Assembly: GCA_016180645.1 (NCBI GenBank) | Contig: JACPAV010000014.1 | Span: 62,001-82,715, forward strand | DNA length: 20,715 bases | Direction of reading: 5' to 3' | Source: Nitrospirota bacterium | GTDB taxonomy: Bacteria; JACPQY01 | In this document: positions 1 through 8,646 of the stretch, in pieces | How the letters are laid out: the number at the start of each line of letters is the position of its first letter | How positions within the stretch are numbered: the stretch's first letter is position 1 | Position numbers and translations under genes: made by a program | Notes under the pieces: generated by a model | Seen by the model: the letters and a program-made list of their open reading frames with translations, nothing else | Databases searched by the model: none | Told to the model about the DNA's origin: nothing

Positions 1-1
1 A

Positions 2-1981
2 CCGTTCCAAACGTTCGATGTCAGCGCCGAGGGAGCCGTGTTCGAGTGGTTCCCTCTTTTTGAAGGGGTCTACACATTCTCCTGCAAGATCGCAGAGGGG
101 AGCTGCGCCGTGGGCCGCCTTCATTCCATAGCCGTCACGGACCGACCCGACGATCTCCCGCCGTTCGTCGGAGTCTCCTGCACCGCCGACAAGCTTCTTC
201 CGGGCCAATCGACACTTTGCCTGGCCTTCGGCAAAGATCCCAAGGATCAGGAGGTGACGTTCACATGGTCCGTGGCCGCCGGTACGCTCTCCTCCCTGGC
301 CGGAGATTCCGTGATGTGGACGGCGCCCCCGGCGGGCGGGGAATACCGAATCGCCATCGTGGGGAGCGATGGCGCCAACGAGGCCCGCTCGTCCCATTCG
401 CTCCGGGTGGGCGCCCCTAGATCCGTCACCGACTTCTCCCCATCCGACGCCGTTCCGGAAGGGGAGTACGCGTGCGACGCAAGCACCGTCGCTCTCTACC
501 ATTTCAACGAAACGGAGGGGGCGACCGCGCAAGATACGTGTGGATCCCATCCGGCGGTCATTCGCGGCGCTGCCGTCAACCGGGCCGGCCGGTGGGTGGG
601 GGCGTACTCCTTCGATGGATGGGACGATTCGGTGGAGATCCCGGCGGCGGCGGTGTCGGGACTGGCCAACGGTACCGTCGAGGCGTGGGTGAAACTGACC
701 GCTACATGGCGCGACTACGAATGGGCGATCCGAAGAAGCGAGGAGGCGGATCAATGTGATCTCAGGATGAGGTACACGGCGAGAACTCAGTCCTGGGGAG
801 CGACGTGGAACAATGAGTGCGTGGATATCAACCACAAGCTGGACCGGAACACGGCGACGGATTTTGGCTGGCATCATCTGGCCGTGACGTGGGACGGCGT
901 GCTCTGGAAAATGTACCAGGATGGGCTGTTGCGCGTCGCCTCGCCTGATGTGGCCGGGCTGGAATCGAACGACAACCCCTTGGTGATCGGCCTGGTGACG
1001 GCCGGGGTCGAAAGCGCGCTGTATGGCATGGTGGACGAGCTTCGCATTTCCGATCGCGCCCGCGAGCCGGAGGAATTTCGTGTTCTTGCGGCGCCGGTCT
1101 CTCCGATTTGGACCGACAAGTCGGCGATGGCGGGGGCGAGAGCCGATGCCGCCTCCGCCGCGGTGGAAGGGAAGTTGTATGTATTTGGAGGCAGAAAGGA
1201 GGAGAACGAGGCGCTCTCGACCAACGAGGAATTCGATCTTCTCAAAGATTCGTGGTCCTCGAAAAAAGACATGCCCACCGATCGGTGGGATGCGGTTGCG
1301 GTGGCCATCGGCCGCCGGGTCCATCTGATCGGGGGCACCCGGTTCAAAGACAAGCCACTTCTTGTGGCAAAGAACGAGGAGTACGACACGGAGAAGGACG
1401 CTTGGTCCAAGCGCGCGGATTGGCCGCGGCCCCGATTCGGCGCCGTGGCGGCGGCAGTGGACGGGCAGGTCTTTGTGCTCGGGGGATCGAGCGAATTCCA
1501 GGACCAGGGCAGCCTGCCGCAGGTCGATCGGTATGACCCGGTGACGGACGGATGGACGGAACGCGCGCCGATACCCACGGCCCGATCGCACGCGGCCGTG
1601 GCCGTGCGGGCAGGATCGATCTATGTCATCGGGGGAGCGAGTGATGAGGGATTTCGGAATTCCACCGAGCGATATGACGCGCGCTCCGATACCTGGTCGA
1701 TTCTTGCGCCCATGCCGACTCCAAGGAAATCCGCCGTGGCGCTGGTCGATAACGATTTCATTTACGTCATTGGCGGAGAGGACGGGTCCACGCTGAAGGT
1801 CGTCGAAGCCTACGATCCCGTTAGGAATACGTGGACATCATTGGATCCGCTTCCCGATCCTCGAACGCGGTTCGTGGGAACGGTATTTCAGAGGCTGTTG
1901 TTTCTGGTGGGTGGGTACGACGGTACAGCCGTTCTGTCATCGGTCCTTCAAGGATTTCTCTTTCCCCCCCGCCCGGAATAG
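2..1981 (+). CDS. 5'-partial multidomain protein: Ig/PKD-like domain, LamG/concanavalin-A-like domain and six-bladed Kelch propeller
   Basis: The frame has no stop from position 2, so the gene probably starts upstream of the window (ORF track calls 38..1981). Ig-like motifs 'DPKDQEVTFTWSVAAG...WTAP...Y'; LamG motifs 'ALYHFNE', 'TVEAWVK', 'WHHLAVTWDG', 'G.VDELRIS'; six Kelch repeats (W...MP..R...A....IYV.GG). Confidence 0.85.
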   Translation, partial: PFQTFDVSAEGAVFEWFPLFEGVYTFSCKIAEGSCAVGRLHSIAVTDRPDDLPPFVGVSCTADKLLPGQSTLCLAFGKDPKDQEVTFTWSVAAGTLSSLAGDSVMWTAPPAGGEYRIAIVGSDGANEARSSHSLRVGAPRSVTDFSPSDAVPEGEYACDASTVALYHFNETEGATAQDTCGSHPAVIRGAAVNRAGRWVGAYSFDGWDDSVEIPAAAVSGLANGTVEAWVKLTATWRDYEWAIRRSEEADQCDLRMRYTARTQSWGATWNNECVDINHKLDRNTATDFGWHHLAVTWDGVLWKMYQDGLLRVASPDVAGLESNDNPLVIGLVTAGVESALYGMVDELRISDRAREPEEFRVLAAPVSPIWTDKSAMAGARADAASAAVEGKLYVFGGRKEENEALSTNEEFDLLKDSWSSKKDMPTDRWDAVAVAIGRRVHLIGGTRFKDKPLLVAKNEEYDTEKDAWSKRADWPRPRFGAVAAAVDGQVFVLGGSSEFQDQGSLPQVDRYDPVTDGWTERAPIPTARSHAAVAVRAGSIYVIGGASDEGFRNSTERYDARSDTWSILAPMPTPRKSAVALVDNDFIYVIGGEDGSTLKVVEAYDPVRNTWTSLDPLPDPRTRFVGTVFQRLLFLVGGYDGTAVLSSVLQGFLFPPRPE

Positions 1982-2009
1982 ACCGGGGCATTCATCTAAT
2001 TTTCCTTCT

Positions 2010-2040
2010 GCTGAATGCCGACGGCTGAACGCTGAAAGCT
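2010..2040 (+). repeat. Heptamer tandem repeat (GCTGAAN-like, about 4.5 units) between convergent genes
   Basis: GCTGAAT GCCGACG GCTGAAC GCTGAAA GCT. Confidence 0.6.
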
Positions 2041-2043
2041 ACC

Positions 2044-3501
2044 CTACAGCCCCATCTCGGGCTGGATCTTCGTGCGCTTTCGGCGGGCGACGCCTGTCTT
2101 GATCGCAGACTCGATCACGGCCTCGGCGACGGAGAGAGAAACTTTCTTGTTGAAAACGCTCGGGATGATGTAGTCCTCGTAGATCTCGTCCTTGCCTATC
2201 GTGCCGGCAATGGCTTTCGCCGCGGCAATCTTCATCTGCATATTGATGTCCCGGGCCTGGCAATCCAACACGCCCCGGAAAAGGCCGGGGAAACAAAGGA
2301 CGTTGTTGATCTGGTTCGGGTAGTCCGAGCGGCCGGTGGCGATGATCGTGGCATGGGGAGCGGCCTCTTCCGGCATGATCTCCGGAGTGGGATTGGAGAG
2401 GGCAAACACGATCGCCTTCTTGTTCATCCGCTTGATGTCCTTGGCTTCGACGAGTTTCGGACCGGACAGCCCCATGAAAAGGTCGGCCCCCACGAGCGCA
2501 TCCGAAAGCGTCCCCTTGAGCCCGCTCTTGTTCGTGCGGTCGGCGAACCATTCCTTCATAAAATTCATGTTCTCTTTGCGCCCTTTGTAGATGATTCCAT
2601 TCCGGTCGCAGGCAATGATGTTTTTCACGCCCATTTCCATCAGGATTCGGCCGCATTGGATCCCCGCAGCTCCGGCGCCAAGGATGACGACTTTCAACTC
2701 CTTGTAGGACTTCTTCACGACTTTGAGCGCATTGATGAGGGCGGCCAGGACCACGACGGCGGTGCCGTGCTGATCGTCATGAAAAACGGGCACATCCAAG
2801 TCCTTCTTGAGACGTTCTTCGATTTCAAAACAACGCGGCGCCGAGATGTCTTCCAGATTGAAGCCACCGAAAACCGGCGCGACGAATTTCACGGTATTGA
2901 CGATGTCGTCCACTTTTTGGGTTTTGAGGCAGAGGGGAAAGGCGTCCACGCCGCCGAACTCCTTGAACAGGGCGCACTTCCCCTCCATAACGGGGAGGGC
3001 GGCCTCGGGACCCATGTTGCCGAGTCCCAGTACGGCGCTGCCGTCTGACAGTACGCACACCGTGTTCCGCTTGATCGTGAAGGCGAAAACTTTTGAGGGA
3101 TCCTCATGGATCGCCTGGGTTACGCGGGCCACACCCGGTGTGTAGACGAGCGAGAGATCGGTCCGATTCCGAATGGGCGCCTTGAGCGAGGTCTGAATTT
3201 TTCCGCCGCGATGCTTCTGAAAAACCTGGTCGAAGACGTGAATGATTCTGACGTCGCGGAGATCCTTGACGCGGACGATGATCTGGTCCATGTGATCCGA
3301 GCCGGTCGCGTTGATCGTGACCTCGCGGGTGACCTGATCGCGCGTGGCCTCGATGAGTTCGATGGCGCCAATGTCGCCGCCGGCCTTGCCGATCGCGGAC
3401 GTGAGTTTGCCGAGCATGCCGGGCACGTTGCGGATCTGCGCCCTCAGCGTGAAGCTGTAGCCCGGAGAAGGGCGGACTTCTGGTTTGTCTTGGGTTGTCA
3501 T
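2044..3501 (-). CDS. NAD(P)-dependent malic enzyme with N-terminal ACT domain
   Basis: Motifs 'LSLVYTPGVA', 'SDGSAVLGLGN', 'VMEGK', 'NLEDISAPRCF', 'FHDDQHGTA', 'GAGAAG', 'ALSNPTPEI', 'ATGRSDYPNQINNVL'; ACT-like N-terminus 'NVPGMLGKLTSAIGKAGGDI'. Confidence 0.95.
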   Translation of the reverse strand: MTTQDKPEVRPSPGYSFTLRAQIRNVPGMLGKLTSAIGKAGGDIGAIELIEATRDQVTREVTINATGSDHMDQIIVRVKDLRDVRIIHVFDQVFQKHRGGKIQTSLKAPIRNRTDLSLVYTPGVARVTQAIHEDPSKVFAFTIKRNTVCVLSDGSAVLGLGNMGPEAALPVMEGKCALFKEFGGVDAFPLCLKTQKVDDIVNTVKFVAPVFGGFNLEDISAPRCFEIEERLKKDLDVPVFHDDQHGTAVVVLAALINALKVVKKSYKELKVVILGAGAAGIQCGRILMEMGVKNIIACDRNGIIYKGRKENMNFMKEWFADRTNKSGLKGTLSDALVGADLFMGLSGPKLVEAKDIKRMNKKAIVFALSNPTPEIMPEEAAPHATIIATGRSDYPNQINNVLCFPGLFRGVLDCQARDINMQMKIAAAKAIAGTIGKDEIYEDYIIPSVFNKKVSLSVAEAVIESAIKTGVARRKRTKIQPEMGL

Positions 3502-3510
3502 GGTTGCGGG

Positions 3511-3539
3511 ACCATAGCACCGGGGACCAAACGCGTCAA
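3511..3539 (-). promoter_or_regulatory. Putative sigma70 promoter of the malic enzyme gene
   Basis: TTGACG-N17-TATGGT with TGn extension; the -10 box ends 9 nt before the ATG; no Shine-Dalgarno sequence. Confidence 0.65.
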
Positions 3540-3576
3540 GGAATGGACTCAGCTTCGAATAGTGAGCGTCAACTTG

Positions 3577-4896
3577 CTACGCTTCCGGCCTCAGGCGTTC
3601 GGCGAAATCCAGGAGGGCGTATTCGCTCCCGGGAGGGCCGAGGAGTTGGATGGAGCGGGGGAGTCCGTTTGGAAATCGGCCCCAGGGGATGGAGAGGCCG
3701 GTGGCGTCGTTCAGATTGCCGATCTTGGCGAAGGCCATGCTGCCCGGTGATTTCAATACCGTTCCATGTGGGCGCGCCGAATAGGTGGTGGCGGGCGACA
3801 GAATCACGCCACCCGCAGCCCAAAGGTCCCGCACATGGCGACGGAGCCGTTCGACATTCTCACGCGCTCGACGGCGATAAGGCCAGGCAATCAGGAAGCC
3901 GAGTGCCATCAGGAGAAGGATGTAGGCCGATTGGCGGTGCATCTTCCGCCCCCATCCGCGAGGACCGAAGAGAAGCGATACGACGACCGCCGCCAATCCT
4001 TCGACAACCGGGAGCTCGTCGCCTTCCGTGAAGCGATCGAAATGCGACGCGAGGAAGACGTTGTAAAGCCGATCGATGCGTGAGGGAGAGGGCAAATCGT
4101 CCGCCGTGGCGAAAGGCATGTCGGCGCGACTCAGCGCTGGAATCACGTCGGGTCCGAGCGTCGGCCATTCCCCTATCGCCGGTTCATCCGGTCCGTAAAG
4201 GTGAACTTTCTTCACTTCGAATGGGGCCGGTGCGCCGGTGCGAAGACGGGATTCGAGAGCTTTCAAGAGCGTTCGGCAATCTTCTATCGTGCTTGTGAGC
4301 GGTCCCATGCCGTTGAACGTCTTGAAGAATTCCGGGAGGTGCGGGAAATGATCCGATGGATCCCACATCACGTGGGAAAGCCTCATCCCCACGATGCCAC
4401 AGAAGGCCGCGGGCATGCGGATGCTCCCGCCGAAATCGCTTCCCCAGTCGAAGGCCGACATTCCGGTGGCGACGGCGACCGCCGCCCCTCCGCTGCTTCC
4501 GCCCGGCGATCGAGCCGGATCCTGCGGGTGGCAGGTGGCTCCGATCAGATTGTTGTCGGTCTCCGGCGGAAGCGAGAGATCCGGGCAGTTGGATTTTCCA
4601 AGGAGAACGGCGCCCAGCTCCTCAAGCGCCTGGTGAATCCGACTGCTCTTCTGCGGAACACGGTTTCGATGTCGCCACGAACCGCCGCTGGTGCGAATTC
4701 CTGCCGTGTCCCAAGCGTCTTTGAGCGTGTAGGGCACGCCAAACAATTCCGAGGTGGAAGGGCGTGCCTTCAGCTCATGCGACTTCTTTATGGCCTGATC
4801 GAGAAGCGGAAGAAGAATCGCCCGCAGATTTGGGTCTTTCTCGCGTATTCGGGCGAGGCAGGAATCGATGCTGAAATGTTGGAGGCTGGAGGCCAC
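3577..4896 (-). CDS. Amidase-signature family enzyme
   Basis: Ser-cisSer-Lys triad motifs 'GVPYTLKD', 'PGGSSGG', 'GSDFGGSIRMPAAFCG'; C-terminal 'GLP..IQL'; hydrophobic patch in the C-terminal half. Confidence 0.92.
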   Translation of the reverse strand: MASSLQHFSIDSCLARIREKDPNLRAILLPLLDQAIKKSHELKARPSTSELFGVPYTLKDAWDTAGIRTSGGSWRHRNRVPQKSSRIHQALEELGAVLLGKSNCPDLSLPPETDNNLIGATCHPQDPARSPGGSSGGAAVAVATGMSAFDWGSDFGGSIRMPAAFCGIVGMRLSHVMWDPSDHFPHLPEFFKTFNGMGPLTSTIEDCRTLLKALESRLRTGAPAPFEVKKVHLYGPDEPAIGEWPTLGPDVIPALSRADMPFATADDLPSPSRIDRLYNVFLASHFDRFTEGDELPVVEGLAAVVVSLLFGPRGWGRKMHRQSAYILLLMALGFLIAWPYRRRARENVERLRRHVRDLWAAGGVILSPATTYSARPHGTVLKSPGSMAFAKIGNLNDATGLSIPWGRFPNGLPRSIQLLGPPGSEYALLDFAERLRPEA

Positions 4897-4926
4897 GGTC
4901 AGGAGACTCTAACAGAATGTCGGTTC

Positions 4927-4984
4927 GTAGGGGAGCATCTTCAGATGCTCCCCTTCCTGGGCGGATCTGAAGATCCGCCCCTAC
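4927..4984. repeat. GTAG-type REP doublet (family A)
   Basis: GTAG-GGGAGCATCT-TC-AGATGCTCCC ... GGGCGGATCT-GA-AGATCCGCCC-CTAC: two hairpins in inverted orientation bounded by GTAG/CTAC; homologous to 12732-12790. Confidence 0.85.
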
Positions 4985-4997
4985 CGCGGTTTTCACG

Positions 4998-6002
4998 TCA
5001 ATGCGTTCGGATCAACGGAACGAAGCGCACGGGCCTCACCGAGCGCTTCTCAAGCGTTCCCTCGGCTGTCTTGGTTCCGATGATGAGGTCTTGCGACAGT
5101 GCGGGAGGCCCGACGGGGATGACCAGCCGCCCTCCGGGTTTGAGCTGCTCCACGAGCGGAACCGGAATCTCATCCGCCGCCGCGGTCACCATCACGGCAT
5201 CGAAAGGGGCATGCTCCGGCCAGCCTCTGTAGCCGTCCCCAATCTTCACGTGCACGTTCTTGTAGTCGAGACGCTTCAGCCTTTCCTCCGCGGATTTGCC
5301 CAGTGCCGGGATGATCTCGATGGTAAACACCTCCGCGGCCAACTCGGCGAGCACCGCCGCCTGATATCCGGAACCCGTGCCGATCTCGAGCACGCGATCA
5401 CCGCCTCGAAGCCCCATCGACTGAGTCATCAGCCCCACGATGTACGGCTGGGAGATGGTCTGTCCCTCGCCGATCGGGAGGGGATAGTCTTCGTAAGCCT
5501 CAGGTGCCTGACTCGGGGGTACGAAAAGATGCCGCTTGACCTTTCGCATGACCCGAAGGACGGCGGGATCGATCACGTCGCGTCCTTCGAGCTGCACTTT
5601 CACCATTTGCTCTCGTAGTGTGGTCATGCGGGTCTCGTCTATGCTCGGGCGTTCACCCCCACCCAGACCCCTCAGGGGGGAGGGGGTAGGCGCAGGCTTT
5701 ATGCCTGCGTCTGAAGACGCACCCATGAAGGGTGCGGCTACCAAACCTTCCCCCCTTGCGGGGGAAGGTGAGGATGGGGGGTGCGGGGTGGAAATCTTGT
5801 TTGTGATGTAATTCCAGTAGAAGGCGATGGAAGCGGCAATGATGGCCGTGCCCAGGAGTTTTCCCGCCCGGAAGGGCGTCGTTTTCCAGCGGGAGGATCT
5901 TCCCTCGCGCCGATCGAGCTGCATGTCCGACTCGCGGTGCATTCGGGAAAGTGCCCTTCGGAAGAAGGGATGTTCTTCTTCCGGTTGGGAGGGACTCCTC
6001 AT
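4998..6002 (-). CDS. pcm: Protein-L-isoaspartate(D-aspartate) O-methyltransferase with N-terminal TM/signal extension
   Basis: Motifs 'RHLFVP', 'AYEDYPLPIGEGQTISQPYIV', 'VLEIGTGSGYQAAVL', 'GDGYRGWPEHAPFD', 'QLKPGGRLVIPVG', 'VRFVPL'. The start at 6002 overlaps the upstream gene's stop (ATGA), but the true start is uncertain. Confidence 0.93.
   Translation of the reverse strand: MRSPSQPEEEHPFFRRALSRMHRESDMQLDRREGRSSRWKTTPFRAGKLLGTAIIAASIAFYWNYITNKISTPHPPSSPSPARGEGLVAAPFMGASSDAGIKPAPTPSPLRGLGGGERPSIDETRMTTLREQMVKVQLEGRDVIDPAVLRVMRKVKRHLFVPPSQAPEAYEDYPLPIGEGQTISQPYIVGLMTQSMGLRGGDRVLEIGTGSGYQAAVLAELAAEVFTIEIIPALGKSAEERLKRLDYKNVHVKIGDGYRGWPEHAPFDAVMVTAAADEIPVPLVEQLKPGGRLVIPVGPPALSQDLIIGTKTAEGTLEKRSVRPVRFVPLIRTH
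5654..5783. repeat. Composite palindromic repeat inside the pcm ORF: GTAG REP doublet (family B, 5685-5742) nested in a C-rich/G-rich inverted pair
   Basis: Core GGTAGGCGCAGGCTTTATGCCTGCGTCTGAAGACGCACCCATGAAGGGTGCGGCTACC closely matches the reverse complement of 14153-14209; flanks are CACCCCCACCCAGACCCCTC...GAGGGG and CCTTCCCCCCTTGCGGGGGAAGG...GGGGGGTG. Confidence 0.85.
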
Positions 6003-7558
6003 CGCGCGGTATGCGGCGGCGAAGCGCAGGGCGGATCGGAGACCGCACCTGCCGACGCGAGCACCGGAGTCGGAGCGGCAAAGCAGGCGCGCGCCCGGTC
6101 GAAGTCGGAGGCCAGGGCTTGAGTGAGCCGCTCGATCAGGGAGAGGAATTCCTGCCGCGCCTCATATGGCATGGACCGCCTGAATTGATTAAATGTTTTC
6201 AGGAAGAACGAGAGGAGTGAGGAGTTCTGGAGCGGCAGTTCGTAGGTATGGGTGAGCGTGTTCGCCGTCTCCTTCACGTCGATGGGGCTGAAATGCCCCT
6301 CGAAGGTCATCCCCTGCCCGTTGTTTCCGTCGTAAAGGACCTCGTAGTACGAACGAATGAACGGCCCGAGGATTTGTTTGATGATGGGAGGGAGAATCGG
6401 CTTCGGAACCCCGTCAACCATTCCCCGGCGACGGTCATCCTCCCGGACCACGCTGAATCCCAATTGTTCCATTCCCATTTTCATCCCGAAGGCGACGATC
6501 CAATTCCGGATCTCGATGCGATGCGGCTGTGAGAGGGCTTCGTCCAATCGGACCCCTTCGGGCGAGGGCAGTCCCGTCGCAGGATCCATGGGAAAGACGA
6601 GCCCATCCCGCGTGATCAACGTCAGGCCCATCTCGCCCCCACCGGTCATGATCACTAACAGATCGCGCCCCTTCGGATCTTTCACTTTCATCTGGAGATG
6701 TGAGGCCGAGAGCACTTTGTGGACCTTGCCCAGATGTGGGTACTCACGTCGGAGGCGGTCGCCATCCGTAACGGAAACGAGATTCACGCGCGTGAGGCGC
6801 CCGGCGCCGTCCGCGGATGGAATTCGTTCCACCGTGCTTCTCATCCGGATGAACGGCAGCGCGGTCCGGCTGAATTCCGGAAAGCTCGCGGCGAAGTGCT
6901 CCCGAATCTCCCGATCCCCGGCACTGGAGTCCCCCGCGTACGTGTCGTCGGACACATCCAGGAGCCGAAGCCACTCCCGGTTGATGTCGCGCCAGACCTT
7001 TGTGTTGAGGGGGCCCATGAACCAGGACTGTGTGTAACGGATGAGATAGACGTTCTTGTGACGCCCTTCCGTGACGGGACGGACCGAGAAAGTGGCTTCC
7101 GTGTCGCCGAAGGTCGTCAAGTACTGGGGTTTGGTGATGAAGGCGAAGTGGTAGTCCTCGGGCTCGATGCGTCCTCCAAAGGTGAAGGACTTGAGACCCT
7201 CTTCCCCCGCTTGCCAGGGGATTTTGGGATTTTCGTAGAGTCCCTTGAGATCGAGGCTTGTGGAATTCAGGAGGATCAAGTCCAAGACTTGGTCCAAATC
7301 CGGCTCGTAGCGCGAGACGAAGAGGAACTTCTTGAACGGTTGCCCCAGCCCCGCGGCGGCTTCGAAGGCCTGGTCAATCCCTCGGGGGTCATCTGAAGAT
7401 CCGAGAGGCAGAACCACCCGCCAAAAATTGCGAGGGGTCGGCATCCCTGCGGAAGCGGCATGGAGGATGGCGGACGGAGCGGCATGAGCAGGGCGGGGAC
7501 TCGATGCAATGGCACCGATGAGAAACAAGATTGCTGCGCTCTTCCTGCCCGCCCTCAC
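5999..7558 (-). CDS. Hypothetical secreted protein of unknown family (about 519 aa)
   Basis: Long ORF (track 5999..7654). I prefer GTG at 7558: it gives a signal peptide (MRAGRKSAAILFLIGAIASSPRPAHA), removes the overlap with the divergent gene and lies 7 nt after a TATAGT box. No family recognised. Confidence 0.75.
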   Translation of the reverse strand: MRAGRKSAAILFLIGAIASSPRPAHAAPSAILHAASAGMPTPRNFWRVVLPLGSSDDPRGIDQAFEAAAGLGQPFKKFLFVSRYEPDLDQVLDLILLNSTSLDLKGLYENPKIPWQAGEEGLKSFTFGGRIEPEDYHFAFITKPQYLTTFGDTEATFSVRPVTEGRHKNVYLIRYTQSWFMGPLNTKVWRDINREWLRLLDVSDDTYAGDSSAGDREIREHFAASFPEFSRTALPFIRMRSTVERIPSADGAGRLTRVNLVSVTDGDRLRREYPHLGKVHKVLSASHLQMKVKDPKGRDLLVIMTGGGEMGLTLITRDGLVFPMDPATGLPSPEGVRLDEALSQPHRIEIRNWIVAFGMKMGMEQLGFSVVREDDRRRGMVDGVPKPILPPIIKQILGPFIRSYYEVLYDGNNGQGMTFEGHFSPIDVKETANTLTHTYELPLQNSSLLSFFLKTFNQFRRSMPYEARQEFLSLIERLTQALASDFDRARACFAAPTPVLASAGAVSDPPCASPPHTAR

Positions 7559-7565
7559 CCGTTGA

Positions 7566-7635
7566 ACTATACCTGCGCCCGACCCTTGCGGCAAGGTGGG
7601 AAGGGTTGGCCCGAAGGGGGAGGGCGTGGTAAAAG
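7566..7635. promoter_or_regulatory. Back-to-back divergent sigma70-like promoters
   Basis: Minus strand: TTGCCG(7594-7589)-N17-TATAGT(7571-7566)-N7-GTG. Plus strand: TTGGCC(7606-7611)-N18-TAAAAG(7630-7635, with TGn)-N9-ATG 7645. Confidence 0.55.
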
Positions 7636-7644
7636 CGAGCCAGT

Positions 7645-8559
7645 ATGGTTCCACCTTGGGTCAATAGATTGGACGAGCACCAGCGCGAGGTGGTGCGGAG
7701 GGTTCTCAAGAAAGCACGGGCGCCCTTCGCCTTGGCGCCGGAAAAACGGTTTCGCGAGTCGGTTCGGAAGGTGTGGGCGGACTATCAATCTGAGATTTCA
7801 AACGGGACGCCCAAGGGCCTCTTGCGTCTTGCCCACAAGGTGGATCGCGCGCTGTACGTTCGGAACCGGGAAGAGCACATGGACGATCCGGCGCTGGACC
7901 CTCAGGTGCGAACGGGACTCGTCAAAGGGCTGGACCGGCTGAACCGCGCGATTGGAACCTACTTTTTCTTTTTCCGGGCGATGGAGAAGCACTTGCACCC
8001 TCTTCCCGATGGTCAGTTATCAGTATTGGACATAGGTAGCGGTCACGGCGCGTTTCCCATCCGCCTCGCGCGGAAAGGGAAACTGGGCCGTCATGTGCTT
8101 CGCGTGGTGGGGAGCGACGTGGTGCCGGCGTACGTCGAGGCGGCCACGGCGGAGGCGCGAAAGAACAAGTCGCCGGTGGAGTTCCGCACGATCGATGCCC
8201 TCAAGCTCGATCAATTGGAAGATCGCTTTGATGTGATCACGTGCACCCAGGCGATTCACCACTTCCCGCCGGATTTTCTGGCCGAGCTGATGGCGCGCGC
8301 GCGGGCCAACGCGCGGAAAAGCGTGTTTTTCTTTGACGCGCGGCGCGCCCCCGGGTCCGTGGCGGGGGTGGCCACGGCGACCTACCTACTGACGCGGAAC
8401 GCGATGCTGGTGCACGATGGCATCGTTTCGGTCCGCCGCATGTACAGTCCCGCTGAGCTTGAACTTCTGGCGAGGTGCGCCCCCGGCGGTGAGATCTTTC
8501 GCGCCCGGAACTTCAGTACGCGATACGTTCTGCTGGAAGCCTACGCAGGCCGAGGCTAG
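7645..8559 (+). CDS. Class I SAM-dependent methyltransferase
   Basis: 'EHMDDP' N-terminal motif, motif I 'VLDIGSGHG', 'FDVITCTQAIHHF', 'HDGIVSVRRMYS'. Confidence 0.88.
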   Translation: MVPPWVNRLDEHQREVVRRVLKKARAPFALAPEKRFRESVRKVWADYQSEISNGTPKGLLRLAHKVDRALYVRNREEHMDDPALDPQVRTGLVKGLDRLNRAIGTYFFFFRAMEKHLHPLPDGQLSVLDIGSGHGAFPIRLARKGKLGRHVLRVVGSDVVPAYVEAATAEARKNKSPVEFRTIDALKLDQLEDRFDVITCTQAIHHFPPDFLAELMARARANARKSVFFFDARRAPGSVAGVATATYLLTRNAMLVHDGIVSVRRMYSPAELELLARCAPGGEIFRARNFSTRYVLLEAYAGRG

Positions 8560-8576
8560 ACTCGGTGGCGGCCTGC

Positions 8577-8629
8577 GTAGCGTCCGGCTTCAGCCGGACG
8601 GAGCTCGCCCGCCTGAAGGCGGGCGCTAC
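8577..8629. repeat. GTAG-type REP doublet (family C) between convergent genes
   Basis: GTAG-CGTCCGGCT-TC-AGCCGGACG ... CGCCCGCCT-GA-AGGCGGGCG-CTAC. An extra 12-bp perfect inverted repeat (8541-8552/8569-8580) spans the methyltransferase stop. Confidence 0.8.
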
Positions 8630-8646
8630 AGCCGTGGCCGCTCGCG

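Noticed and set aside
7559-7654. Longer start for the secreted hypothetical protein
   Set aside because: It would overlap the divergent gene and cover both predicted promoters; the signal peptide fits GTG 7558.
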